A stretch of DNA of 64,000 nt, taken from contig OZ024740.1 in the NCBI GenBank assembly GCA_964016885.1, forward strand, positions 235,848,001 to 235,912,000, in the 5' to 3' direction. Numbering within the stretch: the stretch's first letter is position 1; every line of letters starts with the position of its first letter. The notes under the pieces were generated by a model that saw nothing but the letters and a program-made list of their open reading frames with translations, made no database searches and was not told where the DNA came from. Both the position numbers and the translations under genes were made by a program. Below are positions 10,404 through 23,800 of this stretch, piece by piece. Source of the stretch: Eledone cirrhosa. Taxonomy: Eukaryota.

Positions 10404-12925
10404 GGACAGCTCCAGGATGGTTACACTGGGGTACATGGTGGGCACGGTTACGGCTCAAGAAATGAAGAAGGAGTGAGGCTTCTTGAATTTTGTGATGCAA
10501 GTACACTAACCATTTGCAACACTAACTTCCAGAAACCTGCCAACCACCTAATAACCTACAAATCAGGCAAGCACATAAGCCAGATTGACTTCTTGCTAGT
10601 TAGGCAGCGAGATAGACAGATGGTGTCAAATACCAAGGCATACCCCGGGGAAGAATGTACCCCATAGCATAGGTTAGTTGTTAGTGATATCTCAGTAAGC
10701 AAGAGATGGAATGAGACATACAGGAAGGTGTGGAAAAGAAAGGTTTGGAAGCTAAAAGACCTTTCACTAAAATACAAATTTAGTAAAGCCCTTCAAGATG
10801 TGTATGACGAAAAAGAAGACAATTTAGAGTCATATGACATAGATGATAACTGGAATTTCTTATGTGACAACTTACTGCAGGCTACTGAAGAAACTTGTGG
10901 CTGGAGCAGAGCTCCAACCAGACAGAGAGTGACCTGGTGGTGGAACAGCACGGTAGATAGGGCCATTAGAGACAAAGACTAGCATGGAAGGCTTGGAAAA
11001 ATGGTGGGAGTAGAGAAGGATATACAGCCACTAAGAGAGAAGCTAGACGTCAGGTGTACTTAGCACGCAGGGAGGCTGAGAGTAGGAGGTTTGCCAATGT
11101 TCTGTGACGGGAAGATCAGAGACGTGCGGTGTTCTGCATTGCAGTATGTCAGTGAAAATCAGGATGTTGTTGGAGATAAGTGTGTCCGGAATGATGCTGG
11201 TGTACTTAGTGTCACTAATGATCAGAAAAAGGAGGCCTGGAAATGTCATTATGAGAGACTGATGAATGTGGAGAATGAATGGGAGAGAGAGAAATTACCC
11301 CCAGTAGATCCAAAAGAGGGACCAGCTATTGAGATTGACGAATATAGGGTCCAAGAGGCGATTAAGGAAATGTAAAAGGGCAAGGCTGCTGGACCATCAG
11401 GGATAGTTGCTGAAGGCATCAGGGGATGTAGGCACTAAACTGGTTGCACGCATCAGGGGATGTAGGCACTAAACTGGTTGCACGCATCATCAATCAGGCT
11501 ATATATGGCGGTGTCATAACCAAAGACTGGTGCAGCAGTATTCTCATAAATTGCTACAAAGGTAAAGGGGATACTCTGGAGAGGAGCAATTATAGGGGCA
11601 TAAAACTGATGGATCAGGTTATGAAAGTGGCAGAAAGGATATTAGCACAACTAATTAGCGAAAGGGTCAAACTAGATGAGATGCAGTTTGGTTTTGTGCC
11701 TGTGAAAAGTACAACAGATGCCCTCTTCTTAGTGAGACAACTACAAGAGAGGTTTTTGGAGAAGAATAAGCCACTATACTTAGCTTTTGTTGACCTCAAG
11801 AAGGCCTTTGATGGGGTACTCTGATCTGTCATCTGGTGGTCCAGGTGTTGAGGAATGGCTTGTGAGGACAGTGCAAGCTTTGTACAGAGGTGCTGTCAGT
11901 AAAGTGAGGGTTGAAATTGAGTTTAGTGAGGAATTCCAGATACAAGTAGGAGTACATCAGGGTTCGGTCCTCAGCCCACTCTTCATTATAGTCCTCTAAG
12001 CCATAACAGAGGAGTTTAAGACTGGGAACTGACGATCTGGTTCTTATAGCAGAATCAATAGAGGAGCTAGAGAATAAATTCTGGCTATGGAAACAGCAGT
12101 TGGAATTAAGAGGACTGAGAGTGAACCTAGCTAAGACAAAAGTGTTGAGTAGAAAAGAGGACAAAACTCTGATTCTGTCAGGGAAATGGCCATGTTCGAT
12201 ATGCAGAAAAGGAACTGGCTGTACACAATGCAGATCTTGGGTACGCAAGAGATGTAGTGGGATAGCAGGCAAACTAACAGGTAGGGAGAAATACGTATGC
12301 AGTAGATGTACAGGGAAATTTGACAGTAGCATTGATAGACACATTTTTCAAATGCAGGTGGGTTCTATAGAAGTGGTTGATAGCTTCCGGTACCTAGGTG
12401 ATCTGATTAGCATGGGAGGGGGGTGTTCCAACGCCATAGTATCTAGAATAAGGATGGGTTGAAAGAAGTTTAGGAAGCTGCTTCCTCTGCTGACGAAGAA
12501 GGGTTATATGATGCCTGTGTGAGGTGCGTGATGCTGCATAGTAGTGAGACATGGGCAGCAACTGCAGAGGATATGCGACGGCTGGAGAGAAATGAGGCAA
12601 GCATGCTCCATTGGATGTGCATGTCAATGTGCGACCGAGCATGGATGTGTTGAGAAAGAAACTGTGTTTGAGAGGGATAAATTGTAGTGTGCGGGAGAGG
12701 AGACTGTATGGTATGGACATGTGATGCGCATGGAGGATGACCGCTGGGTGAAGAAGTGCCAAGAAGACGAAAAACATGGGCGGAGGTGGTGAGAGCATAT
12801 TTCAGATAGCTGAAGCTCACAATGATGACGACGAAGGACCGTGACAAGTGGAGAGATGCTGTGCTGAATAGGACCCGTCCCACCCTTGCAAGCAGGGAAA
12901 AGTGGACGTAAAATGATGATGATCA
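10404..12925 (+). mobile_element. Degenerate RTE-clade LINE (APE endonuclease C-terminus, RT, PHD-like insert, 3' tail)
   Basis: SQIDFLL and HRLVV endonuclease motifs, NYRGIKL, QFGF, FVDLKKAFD, GVHQGSVLSPL, FRYLG, YGHVMRM; several stops and frameshifts; (TGA)n tail. Confidence 0.9.
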
Positions 12926-12934
12926 TCATCATTA

Positions 12935-13582
12935 CTGCTTTACTGAGTGCATTTGTGTACCTTTATGTGTGCAGTGCCTAGTAGTTGTATCTTTTGTATG
13001 CTGTATATATTTGTAAGTCCTGGCGTTTTTGCTATTTATGTGTGTGTATGTTTTTTTTTATCATTTCCCAGAGCACCTATTATTATAGGTATTGTTTTAT
13101 TTTCCACATTCGAGTTATTTCTATCTTTAGATTTTTATGTTTGTAGAGTTTCTCTATTTCCTTGGAAGATATGTTGTCGTCTGTGGAGATTGATACATCT
13201 ATTAAAAGGCATTTTTTTTCTTTGTGACCTTTGACTATGATATCTGATTGGTTGGCTTTGATCTCTCTGTCTGTATGTATTGGCATATCCCAGAGAATGG
13301 TTGCTTTGTCATTCTCTGACACTTTTTCTGGTGTATGTTTGTGCCATATTTTTTCTGTTGGTATTTCATGACGCTGGCATAACTTCCAGTGTAAGAAAGT
13401 CCCAACTCTATCATGCCTGTGGATATATTTCTTTTTGGCTAGAGCTGAGCAAAGCAATGTGGTTGGTTGTTTCTTCCCTATCTCCACATATTCTACAGTC
13501 ACTTATTGTGCTTTGTTTCATTATGTACTTCTGGTAGTTTCTGGTGGATAGGCTTTGGTCTTGTGCTGCAATTAGAAATCCT
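12935..13582 (-). mobile_element. R4/Dong-type non-LTR retrotransposon, 3' fragment A
   Basis: YIHRHDRVG, ILWDMPIHTD, ANQSDII, IDVS (restriction-like endonuclease region). Confidence 0.8.
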
Positions 13583-13599
13583 TTTATTATTTTTTTTCT

Positions 13600-15082
13600 T
13601 CTTCTCTTAGCTTCTAATGCTGGAGATGTATTACAGTGTTAGCTGTTCACTACCAGCGAACTGAGGTAACACCCCTTATTTTTCAAGTGCCCTCTGGAGT
13701 ATTCAAGCTGTTCCAAACAATTCTGTTTTTTGCAAGTGTTCCATCCGTATTGAAATCCCTATTTGTTTGATGTACTTCTCAAGATCTCTATTCACTGTTC
13801 CCAAGACTCCAGCTATTATTGGTATTACCACCACCTTTTTCAGTCATCACAACTGCTTAACCTCCCAAGCTAACCTGTCATATCTATCAATATTTTTCCT
13901 TCTTTATCACATAACTTGTTATCTGCTGGACAGGCTATATCTATGATCCAACACTGTTTGCTTTCTTTCTCAATTAATACAATATCTGGTCTCCTATATT
14001 CAATCTCATGGTCACATTGTATCACAAAGTCCCACAGGATCTTTGCATTATCATTTTTGATAACGCCTTCTAGGTCACGTTCATACCACTTTTTTGCTCT
14101 GTCAAGTGCCACAAAGTGCCCAATTGACTAACCTTGCTATATAGTCGTGACGTCTCTTATACTCTTCATGAGCTAGTGGTGTGCACTGACTGGTAATATG
14201 CTATACAGTTTCCCCAGTCATGCCACAAATTATACACTTATCACTTTCTGCTGTGGTCTACTCTATGTTTGATTTAGTTAGTTCTTAGTGCTTGTTCTTG
14301 AGCAGCACAGATTAAGGCTTTTGTTTCTGGTTTTAGATCACTTTTAGCCATCCATAACCATCTTTTTTCTCTGTCTGTCCTATCTTCAACATCTCTATGG
14401 AAGCGTCCATACATTCTTTTTTCTGCCCATCTACTTTCAGTTTCATCCATCTTCAAATGCTTGTATTGTGTTTTTTCTTTGCACTCTTTTATTTTGCACA
14501 TCCCTGACCTTTTTACTTCCTGCAACAGAGGTTCTGTGGAATTTTTTTTATGTACCACGCCATGTTATTTTCTTCTGTTCTAATGCTGTCTTCATACCCC
14601 ATCAGTCCTCCTCTTTTTCTTGGTACATATAATCTGTCTGTATCACTCTTTGGGTGTAATACCCCATATCTAGTCAACATCTTTCTTGTCTTTCGATCTA
14701 AACTGTTTAGCTCTTCCACTGTCCATGTGATTACCGCCACCTCATATCTAAAGAGTGATACTGCACATGTATTGATAGCTTCCATGTTATTCTGATAATT
14801 CAGTTTCGACTTAAGAATAAGTCTCAGTCTGTGCCTGTATTCCACTGTAAATTTTTCTTTCATTTCCTCCTGCATTATCTTATCAACTTCCAATATCCCT
14901 AAGTACTTATAACCTTCCTCTTCTATTTGCTTCATAACCTTTCCTGATGGCAGCACCAATCCCTCAATGCTTTTAATTTTGCTTCTGTTCAAGATTAACA
15001 CACTAGATTTTTTTAATCCGAACTCCATTCTGATGTCAGTACTAAATGTACACACTGTATTAACAAGGGAGCCAAGCTGGGA
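13600..15082 (-). mobile_element. R4/Dong-type non-LTR retrotransposon, fragment B
   Basis: DIRMEFGLKK, YKYLGI, LHPKSDTDRLY, AAQEQALRTN, ILWDF...RRPDIV...IIDIACP. Confidence 0.85.
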
Positions 15083-15107
15083 TTAATTATTATTATTATT
15101 ATTATTA

Positions 15108-17625
15108 CAGCTGCATTTATCTTGCTTTATGTTCATACGAGTTATCACCAAGTCACAACCAGTGACCTCAAGAGACAACAAGGTCCACCATGTTCAAGAA
15201 AGAACATACATACTCACACATGCATCTTTAGGTGTTTAGACTTGTGATGTACTTATATTGACATGACAAAATCTTCCTTAGTATATGGGCAGTTCCCGTT
15301 AGTACTATCTTTTGTATTTCTCCTATACGCGGGTTTCCTGGGATTTGCGATAAGTAATCATTAGACCCCTTAGGTATAATTCCCAGAGCGCCTACAACCA
15401 CTGGTATTGTTTTAGTTCTCAACTTCCACATTTTTCCAATTTCTATCTCCAGGTCCTTATACTTGTTCAATTTTTCAAATGTTTTTATAGATACATTCTT
15501 GTCTATTGGAACGGACATATCAATTAGCAGGCATACCCTCTTTTTAAAGTCCTTCAGTATTATATCAGGTCTATTTGCATCTATTTTTCGGTCTGTTTGG
15601 ATGCTAAAGTTCCACAAGATTGAGATGTGATCTGTTTCAAGTATGGGAGGTGGTTGATTCTCCCACCAATTCTTTTGATGGGGCAGGTCAAAATGCTTAC
15701 ACATTATCCAATGTATGTATTGTGCAGCTCTGTCATGCCTGTTTAGGTATTCGGTTGGAGCTATAGGACTGCACATTGAAATTATATGATCAATGGTCTC
15801 TGGTTGTTTTTTACATACATGGCATAATGGGCTGCATCCATTTTTTATTATGTTGGCTTGGTAATTTTTTGTTGGCAGACACTTATCTTGTGCTGCTATA
15901 ATCAGTCCTTCAGTCTCTGATTTCAGTCCAGAGGATGCCAACCACTGATGGGTTAAAGTTTTGTCAACATCAGGATTGTTAGCTCTTTCTGGGTATTTTC
16001 CATACAGAGGCTTTTCTTGCCATTTCTTAGCCAGTTTCTGTAGCAGTTCTTTCTTTGCAGTTACTTTTACCTGCTTTGCTTTTTCTGTGTTTTCCATTTC
16101 AGCAGTAAATGGGTAAATGGGACTTCTGAAATTTGTAGTCCATTACTGTATCTTTGTGCATCTTTTGTAATGGAGTATGATCTTTTGATGCTTTCGTGTT
16201 TCAAAACGAGTTTGATCATCCAATCATGTGATTCCCTTAGATATGTAGATAATCCAATTGTTGCAGTTTTCAAAGCAATATCTAACTGGATTAACCCACG
16301 TCCTCCTTCTTTCCTAGGGAGATATATTCTGCCTTAGGATGATGCATTCTGTGCATGGTTAAGAATTTTCTAATTTTTTTATCGAGCCTACGGATCTCTG
16401 TGCCTGACCAGTTGATGACATTGTAACTGTAGGTTACTACTGGTATGGTAAGCGTGTTTATGGCATCGATCCTATTCCTTGCATTCAATTCCGTTCTTAA
16501 GATTGCTCTTACTCTGCGGTAACATTCCTTCCTTATCCTTTCCCTCATTGTCGAGTGCTTGATTCCGTCTCCTTCACAAACACCTAGATATTTGTAAGTT
16601 TCCTCTTGATCAAGTTCTCTTATCACATTCCCCCAATCAAGATTAATGTCTGAACTTTTCAGCAGCTTTCCTCTGGTGAACGTTGCTTTGGCGGATTTAT
16701 CTAGTCCAAACTCCATTTTAATGTCATCACTGAACTGTTCCACAGTGGATAATAGCCCTTGCAATTGTTCATCATTTTTTGCAAATAGTTTCAGGTCATC
16801 CATGTAGAACAAGTGATTAATGGTTTTGTCATAGACTTTATATCCATGTTTTGTTTCATTGAGCATTTTACTTAATGGTATAAGTGCGATGCAGAATAAA
16901 AGCAGTGATAAAGAGTCACCCTGAAAAATTCCACAATTAATATTAACTTCTCCAGCTTCCAGTGATTTTGTTTCACTATTCAAAAGGAGTGTTGTTTTCC
17001 ATGTCTTCATACTGAATGACAAAAACCTCCTGACAACGGGAGATATTTTGAAAATCTCTAAACATTTTTCAATCCAACTGTGTGGCAAACTATCGAATGC
17101 TTTTTTATAATCTATCCAAGCAATTGATAGATTTTTGTGTCTATTATGACAATCTTCCAGTATCATTTTGTTAACCAAAAGCTGATCCTTACAGCCATAT
17201 GAGCCTTGTTTACACCCTTTCTGCTCAATGGGAAATAGGTCATTTGTTATCAGGTGGTCATATGTATATTCAGTTAGGACTGATGTTAAAATTTTATACA
17301 TTGTGGTCAAGCAAGTTATCGGTCTGTAATTTTGGGGATTGTTTGTCTCATCATTCTTCGGAAGCAGGAATGTAATGCCGTTAACTAGCCTTGATGGTAT
17401 CTTTTCTGGCTCCTTAACTATTTCATTGTAAAGTTGGGCTAACAGCTCATGAGACCCTGTGAAGGCATTTATCCAAAAATTTTGTATTTTGTCTTTTCCT
17501 GGGGATTTCCATTTGCTGGTTTTTCTAAGAGCCAAACGCAACTGTTCAACTGTTATATTTTCCCATATTTGTTCCTCAAGGTGAGCTGTATCTTTCATTT
17601 GTCTGTCTATCCATGGGGCATGTAT
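15108..17625 (-). mobile_element. R4/Dong-type non-LTR retrotransposon C (RT + CCHC knuckle + RLE), 5'-truncated, frameshifted
   Basis: NYRPITCL, IDYKKAFDS, GIFQGDSLS, YMDDLKLF; CHVC...HIISMC, RHD, RPDII, IDMSVP, KYKDL; (TAA)n on both sides. Confidence 0.92.
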
Positions 17626-17634
17626 ATTATGAAC

Positions 17635-17680
<46 letters not shown>

Positions 17681-17818
17681 TGGATTGTTGCCCATCGCCA
17701 TACTGCCAGTAAAATACACATACACAAACAACCAAAGAAATAATTATATGTATTATATATATACTTATATGTGTGATTGACAGACAGATGGAGAAACAGC
17801 CCTTCTTTTTTCATAATA

Positions 17819-18020
17819 TGGATTGGCAGTATCGGTAGAGCGTCAGACACCATGCTTTGCAGCATAGAGTTACACCTCTTTACATTCTGAGTTCAAATCC
17901 CGCTGAGGTTAGCTTTGCCTTTCATCCTTACAAGGTCAATGAAATAAAGTACCAGTAATGCACTGGGGTCGATTTAATTGACTTTCCCCTCCCCCAAAAT
18001 TGCTGGCCTATACTAGAAAT
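17819..18020 (+). mobile_element. SINE with Nin/Deu-like core
   Basis: GGATTGGCAGTATCGGTAGAGC...GAGTTCAAATCCCGCTGAGGTTAGCTTTGCCTTTCATCC. Confidence 0.8.
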
Positions 18021-19309
18021 CATTGTTATTGTTGTTGTTGTTGTTGTTATATCATTGTATGTTATCAGTATTTCAATATATCATATCATTATATCATTAA
18101 ATTTATTATAGTGTTCTGACAATTTCTTCTCACTCTCAGTAATGTCTTTTTGTCTACTCTGCTATAATTCTGTTGCTAGTTTCCTTATTTAATTTACAAT
18201 GAGTTCTCCACCAGACATTTCTTTTCTGTTAATTAGATGATTAGTTTATCAATTAGTTCATCTCATTGATTTCCTGATACCTCCATTACTTTCTTGGTAT
18301 ATCTCATTACTGTTCTTCTTGTGAGGAATTACGTTTTTATTGTTTGTAGTCCATCTTGAATTAGTATATATATCATTTCTCCAAAACTTAGGATTAAAAT
18401 ATTTACTTACATCTTTCTTCATTCTGAGTTCATATTTACCAGCATGGATCATAACTACTATATATACTTGAATATAAACTGAGGAATATGTGTCCAAAAA
18501 AATTTATGGTAAAATGGGAGGTTGGCTTATATGCACCATCTAAATAATGTGTTGATTAGCTGCCTCAATTTATAAACAGGAATTGGATTTTCATCTATTG
18601 CTCAGACATAAAATAGGGGGTCAGCTTATATTTGAATTGGTTTATATTTGAGTATATACGGTAATTGCCTCCACACCCATCCACTCTTGAGCATTGCTAG
18701 AATAAATACCTGAAATATCGACAGTCGATCGACAAGATCCCAGACCTCATCAAATCGGACCGAGAAAACAATGTTTCCATTGGTCTTTCCAATTGCTAAT
18801 ACTATTTACTGGTCTCAAATCCAGGCAGAAGGACCAACATGAAATAAATGTCTTGCTCAAACGTGCCTTCACCTGTAATATCCCAGAGTAAAATTAGTTG
18901 ATTATACTCTTTCTCTAGTCAGAACGAATCAATATTTCCCATCTTAGATACAGTGTTTAATTGAGGCATGACTTTTTTAATATTTCTGAGTTGCAAATCA
19001 TTAAGGGTGTATATTTGGCTTTTAGCCCTCCTGAGTCAATAAAATATATTTACTAGTAAAATATTGAGCTCTATTTAATCAATTATACCACTTCTCTACT
19101 AGTGTGAAAAAATCAATGTTTTCTATGATACTTTATAATTAAAAATAGGCACAACTTGTTATATATGCTGCCATCTTTCTACAGGTGTTGCCATGTTTCT
19201 ACAGGTGTTGATATGTTTCTACAGATGTTGTTATGCTTCAACAGATGTGGCTCTTTCTATATATGTTGATCATGATACATTTTTACAGCTGTATATCTTT
19301 CTACAGATA

Positions 19310-19863
19310 TAGGACAACAGCTGTATAAAAATGTGCAGGGCGATCAAAATTGGTGGAAGTTATGGAGTGGGTAGACCAAGAAAAACTTGGGACGAGGTGA
19401 TAAAAACTGACCTTGCTCACTTACACCTCCCTAAGACAATGTTACTGGATTGAGATCTTTGGCGCTATGCAGTTATACAGAAAACCTGCCTTTCCTTGCT
19501 TACAAACTTAAACTTACAGTCAGTAGGCACCCTCTTAACCCAATATACACCCCACCCCACACACTCTACTCTAGTCTCCCATTTCCATCCACTGTAAAGT
19601 AGTTGTGTAGGTGACATGACAAAAAGCACCCAGTCCACACTGTAAAGTGATTGTGTAGGAGACACGGTAAAAGCTCCCAGTCCACACTGTAAATGTGGTT
19701 GGTGTTAGGAAGGGCATCCAGCCGTAGAAAAGCTGCCAGAGACAGTTCTGTATGAACGAGACACGGTCTCCCGACCAATCTCGCCTTAAGTGGGACAAAA
19801 CCATCCAACCCATGCTAGTGTGGAAGATGGACGTTAAATGATGATGATGATGATGATGATGAT
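19310..19863 (+). mobile_element. Composite RTE 3'-ORF end + ~42-bp repeats + GGAAGGGCATCCAG module + (TGA)n tail
   Basis: GRPRKTWDEVIK-coding segment, then CACCCAGTCCACACTGTAAAG repeats and GGACGTTAAATGATGATG; same layout at 23195-23800 and 62157-62670. Confidence 0.8.
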
Positions 19864-21593
19864 ACATTTCAATAGATGCTGCTTTGTTTCAAAAGATGTT
19901 CTGTTTTTACATATATTGCTGTTTCTATATATGTTGTTATGTAGCTTTTCAGAGAAGCAGAGCCCATTTTATTGGTGATAGAGTGAGAAGATGCTAGATC
20001 TATTGTAGCTCTGAGGTTGAAGTATGTTGGTAAGGGATTCTTTACCATTCAAGTTTTTCCTGCACTCTAGGATGTTTGTGTATGTGTAGCAGCAGCAACA
20101 CTGTCCCAGATATGGAAAGTTTTCCATTGTGGGTCTTACTTTGTAGAGAATCTGCAGAAAACATTAACTGAAGTATTTTACGGTTTTGAAGAGGAAATAC
20201 TGTTTTTTTTTTATTGTTATATGTGAGACCTAAGGTGGCTAATTGGCAGAGTCATCAGAACGTTGGCTAGAATGCGTTGCAGGATTTGTTTCATCTCTCA
20301 GCTCTCTGAGTTCAAATCCCACCAAGGTCAACTTTACCTTTCATCCATTTGATTAAAAAAAGTACCAGTCTAGTACTGAGATTAATTCTTCCTCTTTATC
20401 TCTTTTTCACTTCCTATCTCTCACTTTCTAACTGTCTCTAGAAGAAATTATGCTGTATTCAGACCTGGAGAAGATTGGGCACTGCCAGATTTTAAAATGT
20501 CTTAGAAAAGCCATATATGAATATGGCATTCGTACGACTCCGCCAGGAGTCACGGGACCATGGATGCATATGTGAAAACTAGCATTGGTAGCCATTTTGA
20601 GTGTTTTAATTGTATGTTATCCAAAACCAAAAAAATGGGAGGTACAAGATTGTTTCCTTCTTATGAATGAAAATTATTTCTTTGTGCTGTTGAAAAAAAG
20701 AGATTGTCATGGTATTGTGTGTCATTGGGCTGTCAAAAGGACTGTTTCTATAAATATTGCTATGTTTCTATGTTTCTATGATTCTATAACTGTTACTAGT
20801 CTTTCACATCTATTAGATGAAGTTGGTAGTGATTATTAGAGAACAGCTGCTACTGACGTCATATTATACGCTAATGTTGATTATGATAAATGTATATTAT
20901 TCTCCAAGTCCTTCAGCTGGCATTATTTAATTATTTCTTGAGATATTTCTTCACTGCTAAAAATCGACCATTTGCAGTCTGTTAATGGTCAGCGCTGATT
21001 CTCTGACAGATTTAAAATTGATTGGTTGATCTTAGTGCAAAGTTGATGCTGAAGTATTAGAATAAGTTCACAAGATAGAAATTGTTTTCAGCAGATAATG
21101 TTTATTGAGAAAACAGATTGTATGGTTAGAACTGTGGTCAAAATATTTTGATGAATACCATACTAGTAAAGTAAGAGTTGTACTGATCAGTCCTGCCTGG
21201 AACAATGAATACAGTTCATAGTTGGTAAAGAGTTAAGATTGTCTTGGTTGTTGGTACATTGATAAATAAAGAGTTGGTAAAAATTATTTCAATAACTTTG
21301 GTTGTTATGGTAAATCTTTGGTAAATATTCTTAAAACAAAAAAATCTTGGGCCTTCCACTTATACTTTGGGATATTATCAGTTTTTATTCAGTGTCTCTG
21401 CTCTTCTAGGTGAGCTGCCTTCACTAAGGCTTATGGAGTCCATGTCTGCCCCATATATAAATAGTAATTCATTACATAATTCCATATAGTGAAACTATGC
21501 TGTAATATAAGTAATATATACTGATTGTTTATTCCCTTTCAACCATTTTATAATATAGGTTTTATCAGAAACATGCAAAGATAGAATATATAT

Positions 21594-21866
21594 CATCATC
21601 ACTGTTTTACATCCTTTTTTACATTCTTCCACGCTAGCATGGGTTCGCCGGGTTGTCCTGTTGTTAGCAATGCCAGGTCGGGTGACCATGTTTTGCTCAT
21701 ACAGAAATGATTTTGACTTGATTTCTACAGCTGGATGCCCTTCCTAACACCAACCTCATTTACAGTGAATTTTGTGGTGCTTTTTGTCGTGACACCTACA
21801 CAACCACTCTACAGTGTGGACTGGGTGCTTTTTTGTCATGACATCTACAGGACCACTTTACAGTGG
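21594..21866 (-). mobile_element. 3' part of the RTE-tailed SINE/composite family
   Basis: (CAT)n tail, CTACAGCTGGATGCCCTTCCTAACACCAACC and ~42-bp repeats. Confidence 0.7.
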
Positions 21867-23194
21867 GAGGGGGTGGAGGCGTACTGTCTATATGCTTCAG
21901 CTTTGGTTTACTGTATAAGCCATTGACTATAGCAATAGTTGATCATGATAGCTAATAATGAAGAATATTGGGTAAAATATCCCTGGAAACAGAAACAAAT
22001 GGACAGAGGTGCCTGCATGGCATTAACCATATTGTTGGATCAACAGTTTAGAAACCCATCAGATGGATTATACCTGTAATTCATGTCATCATCATCATCC
22101 GTTTTATATACATTTTGCCATGTTTGCATGGATTGAACAGGTTCTTTTTAGCACAGCATCGCTCCACAGACTGCATGCTTTCATCATCTGGCACAGCATC
22201 TCTCCACATGTCACATTCCTTCATCATTTGTCATGCTGAATTTCCCTGAGAATTGGTTTAACCCTTTACTATTCACATTACTCTATATTTACTATTATAT
22301 TTTCATGGTAAACATTTTATTTCACATAATTATCTCACATAATCTACGAGATTTTGATATTATTTATTTTGAGAACAATACCTTAACATCAGTATAAGCA
22401 GCTGGTTATGGCAGACATAGAATAGCAGGGTCGGCTTACACATAAGTATATATGGTACATACACTATCCACCTAATGACATATACCCATGATGCCACACT
22501 GGGATAAACCAGGAGCCTTGTGATTGTGAAGTGAACTTTGTACGCACTTAGCCATGTCTACATCTAAAGATTTAACTATATGGTTTTACACACACATACA
22601 TAAATACACACACAAACACACCACAGACACCACACATACACACATAAATACACACTCTCACACACCACACACACAAACACATAAATACATACATACACAC
22701 AAGGAAAAATATGGAACACCTGCAAAAGTTTTGGTATTTTTCTATTTTCCAAAAACTTTATTGTAGGAATCAAGGTTTTGTGTTATAATTTAATTACAAG
22801 TTAAATGAACTTATTAGTGTTTTTTCTTTGGAAATTTGAAAAACATCTTTTGTTTTAATTTTTTCTTCTTTATTTTTTGCACCTTCTTTTTTGTTCCTTC
22901 AGTTTGAGTTTTGTCAAGAATTATGCAAAAACTTTTCTTCCATTCAAGTTTTCTCTATGATTTATATAATTTTATTTATTTTAAAGAAAATGTAATTAGA
23001 TAGTGCAAGATGCCTGCACCTATTAATGTGCAGACATGAATAGGTACAGGCATAGCTGTGTGGTTAACAAGCTTGTTTCACAACCATATGGTTTTCAAAT
23101 TGATTCCAGTGTGTAGCACCTTTTGCAAGTTGCTTTCTACTATAATCTTGTGAGAAACTGCAAAAGTGTGTCATGTGTGTGTGTGTGTGTACTC

Positions 23195-23800
23195 ATCATC
23201 ATCATCATCATCAACGTTTAACGTCCGTGTTCCACGCTTGCATGGGTTTGGACGGGGGTAGTCCCACTTGAAGCAAGAGTGATTGTCTTGCTCGCATAGG
23301 ACTGTCTGGCAGGTTTTCTACAGTTGGATGCCCTTCCTAACACCAACCACATTTACAGTGTGGGTCTGGGAGGTTTTTACCGTGTTGCCTACACGGCCAC
23401 ATTACAGCGTGGACTGTGTGTTTTTTTGTCGTGACACCTACACGATCTCATTTGTTTCGGCCTGGATGGCGCGGCACCAACATAACTTTACATAGAACGG
23501 GGTGGTGTGGATGGGGTGGGGTGGTGGTGGTGGGACGGGGTGTATTTTGTTAGAGATGCCTACTGGCTGGAGTAGGTTTTACTATATATTTAGGTAAGGC
23601 GGGTCTTCTCTGTTACTGAGTACCGCCAAAGGTCTCGGTCCAGTGACATTGTCTTGGAGAGGTGTAAGTGTGTGATGTCGGAGTTTATCAGCTCGTCCCA
23701 GGTTTTTCTAGGTCTGCCTATTCCGTGACTACCGTCTATCTTTATTGCCCTGCACTTTGTTATACAGCTATCGACTTTCATGCGCATCACGTGTCCATAT
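23195..23800 (-). mobile_element. Composite RTE 3' end + SINE-like module
   Basis: ORF 23590-23820 encodes YGHVMRM...GRPRKTWDELI; near-identical to 62157-62670. Confidence 0.85.

Noticed and set aside
20820-21330. Nested antisense LRR gene like LRRN3
   Set aside because: LNLSENQ-like word on the minus strand is surrounded by stops; no LRR periodicity
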